From assembly GCA_013239625.1 (NCBI GenBank), contig MU053810.1, positions 1 to 64,000 of the forward strand: DNA of 64,000 nucleotides, in the 5' to 3' direction. The position numbers and the translations under genes are program-made. This DNA comes from Lama guanicoe. Its lineage: Eukaryota. The notes below the pieces were generated by a model. It was not told the origin of the DNA. It saw only the letters and a program-made list of their open reading frames with translations, and did no database searches. Numbering within the stretch: the first letter of the stretch is position 1; the number at the start of each line of letters is the position of its first letter. Shown here piece by piece: positions 13,640 through 27,674 of the stretch.

Positions 13640-15740
13640 ACTAAACCTATATTAAGGGGAAAGACTGATAAACTTACAATTTGTTTAATAAGAAATATAA
13701 ACAAAAGCAAAGGACAAACTAGAAGACAATACCAGCAATATTTACACAAAGAAATTAATATCCAAAATATAAAGAGCTCCTGCAAATATTGAGAACAAAA
13801 TCTCAATTAAAAAAATGGATAAAGCCTCTGAACAGATCAGTCAAAGAGCATATGAAAAGATCCTAACCTCAATCAGGGTGAAGGTAAATAAAACAAACAC
13901 TTATCACTGAATATTTTACATATCTGAAAGATAATGTATCTACATAGTAATTATAAACCGTAGGAAAAAACTTCAACTTCTGAGGAAAAAAAAGCTACAA
14001 AGTCAAAATGCAATAGAAACTTGGGGGGATTCAATATCTTAAAGTAATTTATGGTGAAAAAGAATATGAAAACAAGTACATGTATGTTCATGTATGACTG
14101 AAGCATTATGCTGTACACCAGAAACTGACACCATGTAATAAACTGACTATACTTCAGTGAAAACATATATATATACATATACAAAAAAAATTTTTTGGAA
14201 GAAGTATTTGCAATACATATGAAAAAAATTATTTCTTTAATATGCTAAGTGCTTTTATAATTCAATTTTTAAAAATAGATAAATACCAGATGTTTTTAAA
14301 AAGGAAGGGGTCAAGGGCTCAAGCCAATTATATCATAAGGGAAAGAATACATACGAAAAACAGTCAGTAAACTTAAGGAAAAGATGCTCAACCTCACTCA
14401 GAATGTAAAAGTCAAAAACAACAATACGATAAGAGTGTAAGGAAAACACTTATATACTTAGTGGCATGTAAATTTCTTTAAAAGAAAATCTGACGTTATA
14501 TATTGAAACTTAGCATGTACATACCCTTTCAACCCAGGAATTCTACTTGTAGGAATTTATCCCTGAAATACTAGCATGCACACAAAAAGCCACAGGTACA
14601 GAGATTTTATTACAGTATTGACTATAATACTAAAAAACAGAAATAACTTTGATGTCAATCAACACAAGACAAGGTAAAGAAATGAAAGCACAATTATTCA
14701 CTAGGATATTACTATGCAGCAATGTAAAAGAATGAGATGGCTCAACATGGACTGACATGAAAAGACATCTAAGATACACAGCTAACTTAAAAAAGTAGTC
14801 GCCAAATAGTATATACAGTTACAATCTCATCTGTGAGGTAGAAAAGGATATTCTGGGTCACTAAAAAATCCAGGCCTCTTCAGGCCAAGATGCAGGAGCA
14901 GTGACCTAAAACAACTAAAAAACCAGGCAAACAACAAAATGCAATGGCTTTCAAACACTGGACATGAGGTAGCACAGGAAAGCGACTCCTGTGAGAGAAC
15001 AAACAAAAAAATTGAGCTGTGCAATTCACTGCCCCAGCTTACTGCCTGCTGAGACGTTCTAGGCCGTGGCCAAGGAAGAAGCCACGCAGACCCCAGCAGT
15101 CCCCATGAGTTGAGGATGACAGAGCTGAGAGTCTGGCTGGCAGAACACTAGCCCAGGTGGCTAGATTTTGCAAGACAGGACCAGAGAGGAGAAAGCATCA
15201 CAAAGACAGATGCCTAAGATCTGCAGAAGGGCCCCTTGAATGTTCAGCTAAATACTGATCAGCCCCTATGTGTGAGGGAACTAGGTGAGACTAGGAAAAC
15301 AGCTACTCATGAATCTTCTAATTCATGAGAAATTGAGCAGAATAGAGAGGGATATTGCCTCAGTAATAGGAAAAATCAGCCCTAGATTAAAGGCTGCTCC
15401 GATCCCAGGGGAAACAAGCCTGGAAAGGATGAAACTGTTTCCAAGTAATTAAACTGAGCCCCAGAACAAAGCTCAATGATATTCTTAAGAGCACGAAAAC
15501 ATCCAGCATGCATCTAATAAAACATGATCAGTCATGCAAAGTAGAAAAAAATGCCAGAGATGTACAGATCAGTCAGTCAATCAATTACACCAAGGCAGAA
15601 GTGACATAAGTAATAAAAATCATAGACAAGAACATTAAAAGTTATAACTATATTCACATTCTCAACAAGCCAGAAGATACACTGTGCATGTTTGAGACCA
15701 TGGAAAATATAATCAGCTTCTATAGATTAAAAACTACATC
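13640..15740 (+). mobile_element. Cluster of old L1 fragments with a nested younger L1 3' end (about 14020-14190)
   Basis: Degenerate L1 motifs ('aaagatgctcaacctcactca', 'ttcaacccaggaattctacttgtaggaatttatcc'); young tail 'atgctgtacaccagaaactgacacc...aactgactatacttca' plus A-rich end; 14830-15740 resembles an L1M 5' region ending abruptly. Confidence 0.65.
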
Positions 15741-17507
15741 TCCCCCACAGCACATCTGTTTCCAAAAAGTGGAACTATGTCCCTCCAAGAACACACTGCT
15801 GGGAAATACTGCTTTATAATCTTCACGGAAGGGCTATTTCTTAACTAAATCTCAGTTTTCTAAGGTGTGTTGTAAAAATTTCCAGAGATAGAAAATTCCT
15901 CCCTTAGTAAGATTTTTTCCAGTGAAATTATTTCATTAAAAAAAAAATCCATCTCTCTCTTTCTGTGCCGCTTTCATGGTCAATTTGATAGGAATGGGAG
16001 TTGGAAGAATTTCAAGAAAAAGTCTAATTTTGAAAAAAGACAATCCCTTCAGTAATAAACACCAGCTTAAGGATGCTGGGATCCCTAACGCTGCTTCACT
16101 TTTCAGTGGTCCCCCAGACTTGGTATTTTACACCTCAATGCAAAGAGCCGAGGTAACCTTTAGGTATAAAATTCCACTGGCAGACCGAGAAACAAGTATC
16201 TCTAAGTACAGACTCACCCATAATGAAGATCCAAACTGTTCTGTAAATGTAAACGTTGGGATAGTAAAATTAATATTGCCTTAGAGAGAAGACTGGTGAC
16301 AGGAATTGGCAGTATTCCCCACAATGTCCTACTGAAAGAGTGGCACTCCACTGCGTGTCACAACAGATCAGCAACACTCCCTCATCGTAAAGCAAATAAA
16401 GACTGACGAGGAAGCGTTAGTGTCAAGATGCCTTCTGAAATGATACTGCCTACCAGCTGGCAACTCAATACAATGTGTCTTACTACTGGGGTCTATTTAT
16501 GGGATGCAAAGTGTCCAGAAACAGTTACCATGCAGGTGGTATTTATTTGAAAAAACATCCACAGGGAACACTGAGGGAGATGGCTAAGTGCAAATACACA
16601 CACGCACACAACACCTCCACAATAACCATGTGGTAAGAAAGCGAGATTTAATAAACTATGGACTATGGAAAATCATACTTTTGAAAATGTAAAGTATCAC
16701 TTTAACATGTGGCGGATTCCCTACCACATAAAGTTTCAGCGTCCACAGACAGAACTTAAGATGGTCCGTTCTTAGAGGGATTAGCACCAAAATTTGTTTT
16801 TAATTGGGTGCTGTCACACGCAATGGCACTGGGAAAATTAATTCTGCATTGTATGGACAAATGCCACTTTTACTTCCAAGAGAAGCTGTGATCCAAACTC
16901 TCTCAAATAAAGTTTACTGCATATGCTTGCAGTTAACTTGCTGCAAATATGAGGAAAAGGTTATTAAAAATAATCTTCTAACTTGAAAATCAAAAAACTA
17001 TGCAGGTTTTAAAATATTAAATAATACAGTGCCCAGAATGTGTTATCAGCCTCCTTTTTATGTAAAATGGAATCAATTTTTAAGGATGAAAGAACTAAAA
17101 ATACATACTTGAAATTCAAAACTACCTAATTATATTTTTCCTTTACACACCTAAGTGTCCTTTCTCAATAATTATTCGTTAACAAAGAGGTACACATCCC
17201 AATATCCAGCTGACAGTAAGCATTTCACTCAAGGCATGACTGTCTAAAAGTTTTGATCCAAAGGCATCTCCTATTTCTGCAACAATACAGCTTTTCCTAA
17301 ATTCCTCCAAACGTAAATTAGTTTATTCTGGCCGGGGCAAGTAAGAAGGGAATTTTTAAATGCCAACAGTATACTTTGGAATAAACACAAAGGGATAGAA
17401 ATGTGAACAGAAAAGCTTAGAAAAGTTCAAGAAGAATGAAATAAGAAATTAGTAACAAACACTAATTAACTCAACAAGCCCCCTAGGCATTGAATTTTTG
17501 TACTTCA

Positions 17508-17720
<213 letters not shown>

Positions 17721-18528
17721 CTACAGAGTAAATGACAGCAGGGAAGCCGGGGGTTTTAAGATAAAACCACGTGTATACACACATATTAAAAAAAAAACTG
17801 GTGTATAAAATAATCAGAAAATGTCTAAACAGGTTATTTACAGACAAATACTACAATCTTAACAGAGCTGAGCCACATGCTATCAAAGAACACATCCGTA
17901 CCCAAGAGGAAGTGCAGAAGCACGGGCAAGTCCAAGCCCACGTGTGTCTTACTAGCCTCTGCTCAGTGTCATTACACCTGCTGTAAAGAGCACTATTTAT
18001 TTTTCTGTTTAACGTGTGATTCTCAGCTCAATATTCCTCTTCTTTGCTCAGATGTTGGCAAAGTTGAGTTTTAGCCTGCTCCACCACACAGCAAGTAGGT
18101 ACACAGGGTAGCCTCTCAGGACCTCACCTAGTGAATGGAGCACAACCTCCTGGGGCAATGAAGACTGATCGAGAGTCAGGCAAATTCATCTACCCACTAC
18201 TTCCTGTCCTTCTAGTCCTGAGCATTCCCAGTCCCATTTGCTTAAAATAAAATAAACAGCAACAGAAAACATAACAGAACAATCTAGATAATGAGGGAAA
18301 GAGTGAGATTCACCGTCACACCATCATTTTTCCCATTTCCAAACCAGCCCTGCTCTAAGACCCCAGGGCTGCCACAGAGCCTCCAGAAGACCCACCGAGA
18401 CCAGGAGACCATCCAGCCCCGAGATGAAGAAACGCTGGCCAAAAGGGTCATGTCAGGGAGGGGTCCCCAAAGACACGGTCCAGCTGCTCAGAGTACAACT
18501 CCACTGTGGGCAAGCGCGCCCCACTTAC

Positions 18529-18577
18529 CGTGTTGTAAATAGAATAAGCAGCGAGAACGTGGAATAGGGATTGTTGC
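18529..18577 (-). CDS. USP6NL: USP6NL-like exon, (K)QQSLFHVLAAYSIYNT (isolated fragment)
   Basis: 49 bp with ttttttctag acceptor and ACG|gtaagt donor; phase 2 to 0. Confidence 0.9.
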
Positions 18578-19906
18578 CTAGAAAAAAAGAAAACTTCCGT
18601 TGAACACGACTGAGTTATTTCACATATTTCTACAATTATACACTTAAAAAATAAACAACGGTTTGACTGAAGATAGACAGATAATCTATCTGGACTATCT
18701 ACTATTATAATAAAGAAATGGTCCCAAGCTGAATGCAACAATACCCTGTACAGTCTAAATGTGAGGCTAGATAACGTTCATTCTGACGGAAAGAATTTAT
18801 ACCACAGTGCACAAAGGGCTTCACCGTTTTTAAAATGTGCTGCCCTCTTTCACTGAAGTATTCTCTACACGAAGTCATCCCACAACAGTGGCTAGCCTGA
18901 AGAACCGGGGAACACCATTCTGAAGCCTCATTCACAGCTGGGGGCTCCACCCCGCAGGGCTGGGGCCGTGTCCCCCAAGAGGCGGGACAGGCTGTGAATC
19001 AGCCTCCAAACTCAGGGCTGCCCCTCCTACAGCCAGGGTCCCAGGGCCCAAGACTCAAGGGTGGAAGTGGGGGTGGCTCCACCCTCACGACCGCTCATCG
19101 TCCCCCAACAAAGTGTGTGCTCCCTGTCCCATCACCCTCGGGCTCTGCTGGTCTAGAGGTCCTAGTGCCAAAGAGAGGAGTGTCGCCCCCAGGAGACACA
19201 ACCATTCCCCAGAACTGGAAGCTGAGATGGTCACCCGGCCACTTTGGGCAACAAAAGAGATGACTATACTGAGTGACTGATCCTGGCAACCGGGGGCAAT
19301 GAGCTGCCCGGACACGGTGGACAGAAGGAAGAGTGTGTCGAGAACACAGAGAACACGGAAGGTGCCTCTCAATAAAATCAAACCCTGTGATGAGAGTCAG
19401 TGGAAAACTACAACAGTCAAGTCCAGGCAGGACGTTATAATGGTCCCGACCCCTGAGGAGTAAAGGCTGCAGTCCCTCCACCAGGTGAAGAACCACGACC
19501 AGCTGAGGTACCTGCCGAGGGCAGAGGGAGAACAGACGGGTCGTGGGAAGGTAAATTATGAACCAGCAATGACCACACGCCCAGTACAGAAATGATGGCT
19601 GTAACTGTTACGAGGATTTCTTCCGTAGTTTGGCATGGACGTGTTTGTGTGCGTGCATTTTTTTAATGTGTTTTCTTCCTTCTTTTTTATCATCTAACGT
19701 AAGACGTTTAGTAACAGTTGACTTCACATCACAGCATTCAGGTAACAGAATATCAAAGCAGAAGAGTGAGCACCGCCCAGAGACCCCGCATCCTTCTGTG
19801 CAGAGGGGCTCAACACAAGGTCAGCCGTAAGCAGAACAGCGGCCCCGTGCCAGGCGGAAGTACGGCTTCATTGTCTCATCTGGAAACTAAGCTGACAGGG
19901 GTGCCC

Positions 19907-20291
19907 TGTGACGGCCAGCTCTGCGCGCCCACCTAGCCAAGCTGCAGCCCGTTATCCAAACCCTAATCCAGGTGTTGCTGTGAAGAAATTTTGTAAATGT
20001 AACTGAAATACAGTCAGTTGAATTTAAATAGGGAAGATTAGCCTAGATAATCAGGGAACCCTGATTCCACCCATTAAAAGGCAGGAAGAGCAGATCTGAG
20101 GCTTCCCTGAAGAGGAACCTCCTCCCCTGGGCAGTGGCTTCAGCTCATCCCCAGAGCAGGCCCTTCCCGACGCCGCCTACGGTCTCAACTTGTCCAGTCT
20201 GTCCCTGCAGCTCTGTAAGCCAGCTCCTCACGATAAACCTCTGAGCTTCCGTCCCTTACTGGTTTCCTTTTCTTTGGTTGAACCCTGATAC
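19907..20291 (+). mobile_element. MLT2-like (ERVL) solo LTR
   Basis: Begins tgtgacggcc..., contains 'ccaggtgttgctgtgaagaaattttgtaaatgt', ends 'ctggtttccttttctttggttgaaccctgatac'. Confidence 0.6.
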
Positions 20292-20734
20292 GGAGGTCAG
20301 CAAAACTGTACCTTTCATTCATAAACTGCCACAGTCATTTCATCGCTCATTTTCCTTTTTTTTCTCTTTTGTTCCATCAGTGTGTGGAGTCAAGATTATA
20401 GGGACATACAGATTACTGACACTGTTCTCAAAAGTAATGCAACCTCTCATTTCTTTTCTAAGAGTTTTAATAAACTACCACATATTTAAGAATTCTCAGA
20501 TCATAAAATGACTTTGTAGCAATTTTATAGCACCTACTATATGTCAAAGGTTAAAAATTTAAGTTAAATAGGTTCCTAAATTTTATAAAACATAGACAAA
20601 ATGATCTGCCAAAACTTAAAACCTTCAGAACTGGATTCAAATTATAGTCTATACAAGCTACTCTAAACACATTTTAAGTTGACAAAGACGATTTATAAAT
20701 GCTATTCATATTTTATAATATTAAACTTTACTTA

Positions 20735-20956
<222 letters not shown>

Positions 20957-21656
20957 TTAGTAAAGCTATTTCCATGGTTCAAAAATGCAAACAATGTAAC
21001 AAGGTACACAGTTACAGGTCTCTCTCTGGTCCGTGCCCGCATCTCTCCTACTTCCAACCTCTCCCTCCTTCCACCACCTCTTCTCACCCCATCCTGTCAA
21101 TAGAGTAGATTTTCATTTTGGTTGGAGACGGATGACTGGGCCGGGCTAAGGCTGCAGGTACGCTGCTCACAACTAGAGGCAGACCTTGCTCACCTGTAAG
21201 ACGGACCACTAGACCCAGCAGAGACAAGCGACAGTGAGATACAATGAAAAGAACAGGAGAAAGGAGTGGGTAAGAGCCCCAGCTCAGGAGCCAGCACATC
21301 TCACCGTGCGAGAAAAAGCTCAGCAGATTAAGAAAAAGTCATTCCATGCCCACTGAACTTCCAACTTAAGGAGAGCAATTTATACCACATTTGGAAAGAG
21401 AGAGTAAGACGGTGACTGGGAAGGGAAGGCTTGGTGAAATGCTGGAGGAATCTCAAACAGTAAAATAAAGTTTATGGTATTATTGAAAATGATAAGCCTG
21501 CAAGTACCGGTGGGCAAGTCCTTTCTTTTGTTGCTGTTACTGTATGACTGGTTTTCACTGAATAGTTCTCTCATGTCAACCAGTCATTGGATAATTTTAT
21601 TCTACGCAGAGAAAGTCTAAAATGTAACTGAGAACCACAGTTCTAACATTAGCATG

Positions 21657-22103
21657 TGTACTGGGTTGAATAATGCCCCCCCCACCGAATTCGTGTCTGC
21701 CCAGAACCTGTGAATGTGACCTGATTTGGAAATGGGGTCTTTCCAGGTGTACTCAAGTTAAGAGGACATACTGGATCAGGGTGGACCCCAAATCCAATGA
21801 CTAGTATCCTTGTAAGGTGAGACCCAGCGACACAGAGACACACAGGGCAAGGCCACGTGAAGACGGACGGAGAGGCTGGAGTGATGCAGCCTCAAGACAA
21901 AGAAGGCCAGGGATGCTGGCAAGTGCAGGACGGAGGAAGAGTCAAGGGAGGAGTCTTCCCTGGAGCCTCGAGAGAGAACACAGTCCTGATGTCACCTTGG
22001 ATTCAGGCTTCTCTCCCCCAGAACTGCGAGAGAACAAACTTCTGTTGTTTTAAGCCACTCAGTCCATGGTACTTTGTTATGGTGGCCTGAGAGAACTACT
22101 ACA
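21657..22103 (+). mobile_element. MaLR MLT1-type solo LTR
   Basis: TG...CA termini with a perfect 5-bp TSD GCATG (21652-21656 and 22104-22108); motifs 'cccagaacctgtgaatgtgacc' and 'tttaagccactcagtccatggtactttgttatgg'. Confidence 0.9.
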
Positions 22104-22264
22104 GCATGCTAAGTAAGATTTTCTTCTTTCATTAATTAAATAAGTAATTCCTGAGCACCTACCGTGTAACAGGTACAGTGTCCTAGGTGCTGGGGTTAGA
22201 TTTCATGTATGTTCTCTCAGACAGCGTTTTCAACACTGGGTCTAAAGTTACGACGTTAAAAGCA

Positions 22265-22975
22265 AGTATCTAGGAGTGGGAGTGCTGGATTACATGGTAA
22301 CGACCTTCAGTTCTTTAAGGAACCTCCATACTGTCTTCCATAGTGGCTGCACCAATTTACGTTCCCCCCAACAGTGTAGGGGGGTTCCCTTTTCTTCACA
22401 CCCTTCTCCAGCATTTATCATTTGTGGACTTTTTACTGATGGCCATTCTAACCCGTGTCAGGTGAACCTAAAAGTCCATTGACAGATGACTGAACAAAGA
22501 AGATGTGGTATATATACACAATGGAATACTACTCAGTCATAAAAAAGAATGAAATATTGCCAGTGGCAGCAACATAGATGGACCTAGAGATTATCATACT
22601 AAGTGAAGAAAGTCAGAGAAAGACAAATACCATTCACTTATACGTGGAACGTACAATATGATACAAATGAACTTATTTACAAAACAGAAACAGACTCACA
22701 GACATAGAAAACAAACTTACGGTTACCAGGATGTTAAGGGGGTAGGAAGGGATAAATTGGGAGTTCAAGATTTGCAGACACTGACTACTATGTATAAAAT
22801 AGATAAACAGCAATTTTCTGCTTCATAGTGTGGAGGAACTATGTTCAATGCCTTGTAGTAACCTATGATGTAAAAGAATATGAAAAGGAATACATGTATA
22901 TATATGTATAACTGAAACATGATGCTGTGTACCGGAAATTGACACAATGTTGTAAACTGACTATAAAAAAAAAAA
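22265..22975 (+). mobile_element. 5'-inverted, truncated LINE-1
   Basis: About 22265-22463 is antisense L1 ORF2-end sequence; about 22464-22975 is the sense L1 3' end finishing in poly(A). Confidence 0.85.
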
Positions 22976-23259
22976 CCTTTGATACGTACAAGCAAATAGT
23001 TAAGCCAAGAAGATGGTCAGCCTTTAAAGCTCTGTCCTTTGGGGAGAGTCTGCTCCTGGGACCGCATCTTTGGTCCTTCTAAGTTAGACAAAAGTCACCA
23101 CGATAGCCCTGAAGGGCTGTTGAAAGGAGTTGAGAACTACATCTCGTATAGGCCAATGGTAGTTGCCAAACAAAGCAATGTGTTAAACGAAGGTTGTCAC
23201 GGCCAAGGTGCTTTTTACTTGTTTAAGAGATCTGGAATTTTCTGGCTACTCAGCACACA

Positions 23260-23645
23260 GTGTTGTTGTTGTTGTTGTTGTTGTAGTTTTTCAGTTTTAT
23301 TAGGTAGAACTGTTACAATTTGACTACACATATACAATATATTGCATGTAAATACATAAACACAATATACTGCACGTATTTTTTTAAAGTTTACATATAT
23401 GCACTGTTCATTATCTTTAGCTTTTTAAAGTTACATAGTTAGAGGAATAAAGCCAACCACAAAATAATAATTAATTCAAAAAGATACATACACACCACTT
23501 TGAACAGCAACATTATTTATAATTGCCAAGCTATGGAAGCATCCTAAGTGCACATCAATAGATGAATGGATGAAGAAGATGCAGCATGTATATGTAATGG
23601 AACACAGCTCACTCATAAGAAAGAAGGACATTTTACCATCTACAG
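23260..23645 (-). mobile_element. Probable L1 3' end with a (GTT)8 tail and an inverted segment
   Basis: (GTT)8 at 23260-23284 then ttttatt (AATAAA on the minus strand); about 23460-23645 is plus-oriented L1 ('cctaagtgcacatcaatagatgaatggatgaagaagatg'). Confidence 0.6.
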
Positions 23646-24619
23646 CCCTGCAGCTTCATTCTTTACCTGAGAGGTGCCCCCTTTCCTTCATCATAAATTG
23701 AGAGTAAATTGGGAGCACATTTTTGCAGGGCTATTGTGAAGGTTAGATGAGCAATTTGTATACAGCGCCCAGCACAATGTCTAACACACTTTGGGGGCAC
23801 ACGGTCATGGTAACCTTTGTGATGACTGTTCACTCTCTTACCACGAGTACCGGGGACACAGGATCCTGTTGTGGCGAAGCACAAATGGGTGAGTATCCTG
23901 GCCTTGTTATGTATCAGCTTCTGGAGTGCAGTGGTTTAATCTGGTTCCTCATCTGCATAAGAGGGTGATAAAATTTGACATACGTAGCTGTTCATGTCTA
24001 GTATATAGACCAGGATGATAAGAGGTCCTGTATGTTCTTTAAAGATCTTTTACCGTAGCATCCATTGGGAAAATACATAAAACCTATTTCTGAAACAAAG
24101 TGAATGACCATATGACTACTACCAAAGTCAAGACATGGCATGTAGCCAGCAGCCCTGGAGCCCATCAGGCACTGAAACATCATTTCTACTCTTTCTTCAC
24201 TTTGCATTGTGTCCTGTGCATGTCATCTAGAAAGTTTAAAAATATGCTTAAGTGTGATAAACTGTTCGAATATATGAATGTGCTACAGTTTATAAACCAC
24301 TCCCTGCTTGCTGGCAATCTGGGCTGTTTCCACATCCTATATTAAGTTCTTATAAATACGGATCTGTTTAGTTCCCGATATGCTTATTGCTTCTTTTTTG
24401 TTTGTTTTGTTTTGTTAAATTTTTAACAATATTTATTGTTCTCTTTCTAATTTTACAAGCAATACATGTTCATTGCAGACAAGAAGCAATACATAATAGC
24501 ATAAAGTAAAAATCAGCAATCACCTATAGTTCCACACCCAGAGATTACCATCATTAGCATTTTGATGCATTTCCTCCCAATATATGTTAGGATATATATT
24601 TATATATATTTAGGATAAA

Positions 24620-24807
24620 CAGGCATATATCATTTTATTGTGCTTCACTTTAGTGTGATTTACAGATATGGTGTTTTTTTGTTTTTTTTTTTTTACAAGT
24701 TGAAGGTTTGTGACAACCCTGTGTTAGGCAAGTCTACTGGCGCTATTTTCCCAATAGCATTTGTTCACTTTGTGTCTCTGTGTCAAATTTTGTTAGTTCT
24801 TGAAATT
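24620..24807 (+). mobile_element. Tigger1 DNA transposon 5' end, truncated
   Basis: caggcata...ttttattgtgcttcacttt...ttacaagttgaaggtttgtgacaaccctg...caagtcta matches the recalled Tigger1 5' terminus; similarity stops at about 24807. Confidence 0.8.
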
Positions 24808-25329
24808 CAGGGAATCCCAATCAGCAAGGTACTCTGCCAGGCCTAGCAGAGAAGAAACGCATGATTGATGTGTCTGTGAAGAATCCAGGAAAAGGACAAC
24901 CTGTCAGAGGCCCTGGCTTCTGGAAAATACAGCCTGGGTCATGTTGGAGGACTTCTGATTCTGTCAAGTTTAGACAACAAGAGGGACGTCGGCCGTGCAT
25001 GAGGGTTTTTATTTATTGGCTCATTTAAATGGAAAGAAGTCAGAATTTTAAGGTCTCTAGAAATGGACAAAACTTTGCCAGGCCTCTGAGGCACTTGAAG
25101 ATGCAATTAAAAAGAAAAACTTCACTCTCTTGTCTGCGTAAGTTCTAGTGCAGGACTAAAATAGAGCAGGGAGGCTGATCAGCACAAGATACACGTTAGT
25201 CCAAGTACATCCTCATTCAGCCATCGCTGGAGGGTCTGCTAAGGTTATTACTATTTGTATACTCCACTTACTTCTTGATAAAGGGCCCATTTGTGCCTTT
25301 AAAACATTACTTAATTTGTCCGTATTTTA

Positions 25330-25565
25330 GTGTTGTAATTAAGCACATGGACTCTGGATTCTGATGCTAGGTTTGAATCCTGGCTTAGTCACTTTCTAGC
25401 TCTGTGATCTTGGGTCAGTCAATGAAACTAACGCCCTTATCTCTAAAATGAGGCTGATAATAGTACCTACTTTGAAGTGTTGTTTGGAGAATTAATTAAG
25501 ATAACATACAAAAATCCTTACAATAGTGCACGGCCCATCGTAAGCAATAAGTGTTAACAGTTGTT
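25330..25565 (+). mobile_element. MIR SINE
   Basis: 'ggtttgaatcctggcttagtcactttctagctctgtgatcttggg' and 'ctctaaaatgaggctgataatagtacctac'. Confidence 0.75.
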
Positions 25566-25670
25566 GATCTTATACTTTGGCAGTGCTTGCTCTAAGGCGG
25601 CTTGCCAGGAATATAAACCGTTTTATATCTCCTTTTCTCTAGCAAACCTGCAGAACACCTGCTAAATAAC

Positions 25671-26088
25671 TGTTGTGGACTGAATTGTGTCCCCTATTCC
25701 CACTCCTCCCCTCAGCCCTGAATTCATACCTTAAAGCCATAACCCCCAATGAGACTGTCTTTGGAGACAGGACCTTTGAGGAAGTAATTAAGATTAAATG
25801 AGATCACAAGGGTGGGGCTCTAATCTGATAGACTGGTGTCCTTATAAGAAGAGGACAGGACTCCAGAGATTTCTCTCGCTCTACATGTACACAGAAGAAT
25901 GGCCACGTGAGGCCACAGAAGGAAGGTGGCCATATACAAGCCCAGAAAAGCGACCACACCAGAAGCCAGGCCTGCTGGCACCTTGATCTTGGACTTCCAG
26001 CCTCCAGAACTGCGAGAAATAAATGTCTGTAAATAAATACCCCTCAGTCTATGGTATTTTGTGGTGGCGGCCTGAACGGGCTAAGACA
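25671..26088 (+). mobile_element. MaLR MLT1A-like solo LTR
   Basis: tgttgtggactgaattgtgtcccc ... ggacttccagcctccagaactgcgagaaataaat ... ctaagaca, with TG...CA termini. Confidence 0.85.
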
Positions 26089-27674
26089 GTGACATCATGA
26101 AATGTTTTAACTCATATATTCAATGAGGGACAAGTGAGCAGTCCTGAGACACAACACCTGACGCCATTTCCCCAGTTTGTGAAAGTCTAGAATCTACCGT
26201 GGGCGGGAAGAGGGGTTTGCCACGAGGAGTCGTATACCACCAGGACTGCGGTCCACTTGTTTCCCGCAGTTTAACTATTTTTTTCTACGAGATTTACTGA
26301 GGCCCCAGGCTGACTACTAGCTAAGCAGTGGTTAAGTATCATCTGTGAGGAGCTCTTACTCTTGTTTTTCTCTACTTTTAGGCCCATCACAGATGATTTT
26401 GTACAAATAAGAATTTGGTCCATTGAGTCACTGATCAGATTTGGGACTAGTGTAACCTGACGTTGGCTTGCCTTCCATGGCTGGAGTCCTGGTCCTTCCA
26501 CTTCTCAGGGTGCCCTAAGTGCTCCCTAAGGTGTCTTCCAGTTCCCATGGCTTCTACCTCCCGAGTCCCTGTCCCACACCAGATGGATTTGTGCCCCAGA
26601 GCTGCCTTTCAAAAACTTGGGTCACAGCAAGCATTCATGAATTTAGTTGTCCTAATTGAAGACTTACGGATCACAGGAAAAAGATTTAGGGGGCACGGGA
26701 GATGAGGCCCAGCCATGGAGTTTACTCTCCTGTTTCTCAATCCTCTTTTCTCCTTATCTTTCTTTCCAGAATTCCCTAAGAACTCATTTCCCTTCAGTAC
26801 AGAGAAATCAGCTGGGTACCAAGGCTTAAACTTGCAGAAGCCCTGGGTAATAAGATGCTTGCTGAACAAGGAGCCTTCCATTTGAAGGCAGTTCTGCTTG
26901 TAAACTTACAGTAAATATGTACTATGTAATATATATAATATGCATGGTATGGTATGTGTGTTATGTATTAATATATAAAATATTATACATATTTATAAAT
27001 AATATCTTTTTTTCTTCTTCTTACTACATTAGTAACAATAAAGGAAATTTGGAGAGAAAAGGGATCGCTGAGTTTAGAGATAAAACTGGAATTTGGGTCT
27101 CCTCAGATTCACTCATTCGCTTGTGGAAAGCTGTTTGGAATTGACTTCTGACTTTGCTTCTCAGGTGTAAAGTGCTCTGAATCTGGAGGTAGTAATTATA
27201 TAAATCATGAAATCATGTAAGTGAAGGAAAATCAGAACAATATGGCTTTGGCTTTCCAAAACTTTTAAGGCTTTCCTAAGACTATTGTTAAAAAAATAAA
27301 CAGGGAGAGAGAATCTAGAAATTTTATTAGATGACACTGAATTTCCTAGTTAACCTCTGCAAAGGTAAAGTCACAGTGCTATGTATTTGATTCTAACTGA
27401 ACTTAGCAGAAAATGCAAAAACGTATATAGAATAATCATGGTCATTGACAGGGATCGTTTTAAGGATGCCATGTCTGGAACAGGCTTTATGCCTGAAAAG
27501 GTCTGGCTCAGTCCCGCAGCCGGGCGCTTGAAGCGGGCTGGGGAGCCGCCGCTGGCACTGACTTTCCGGGGATCCCAGCTCCCCCGGACACCGCGCCGGC
27601 CCGGGGCGATGCCCCAGCGCCGCGCGTCTCCCGAGCCTCGCGCGCCCCCGCCGCCGCCCCTCCCGCACCTGCAG

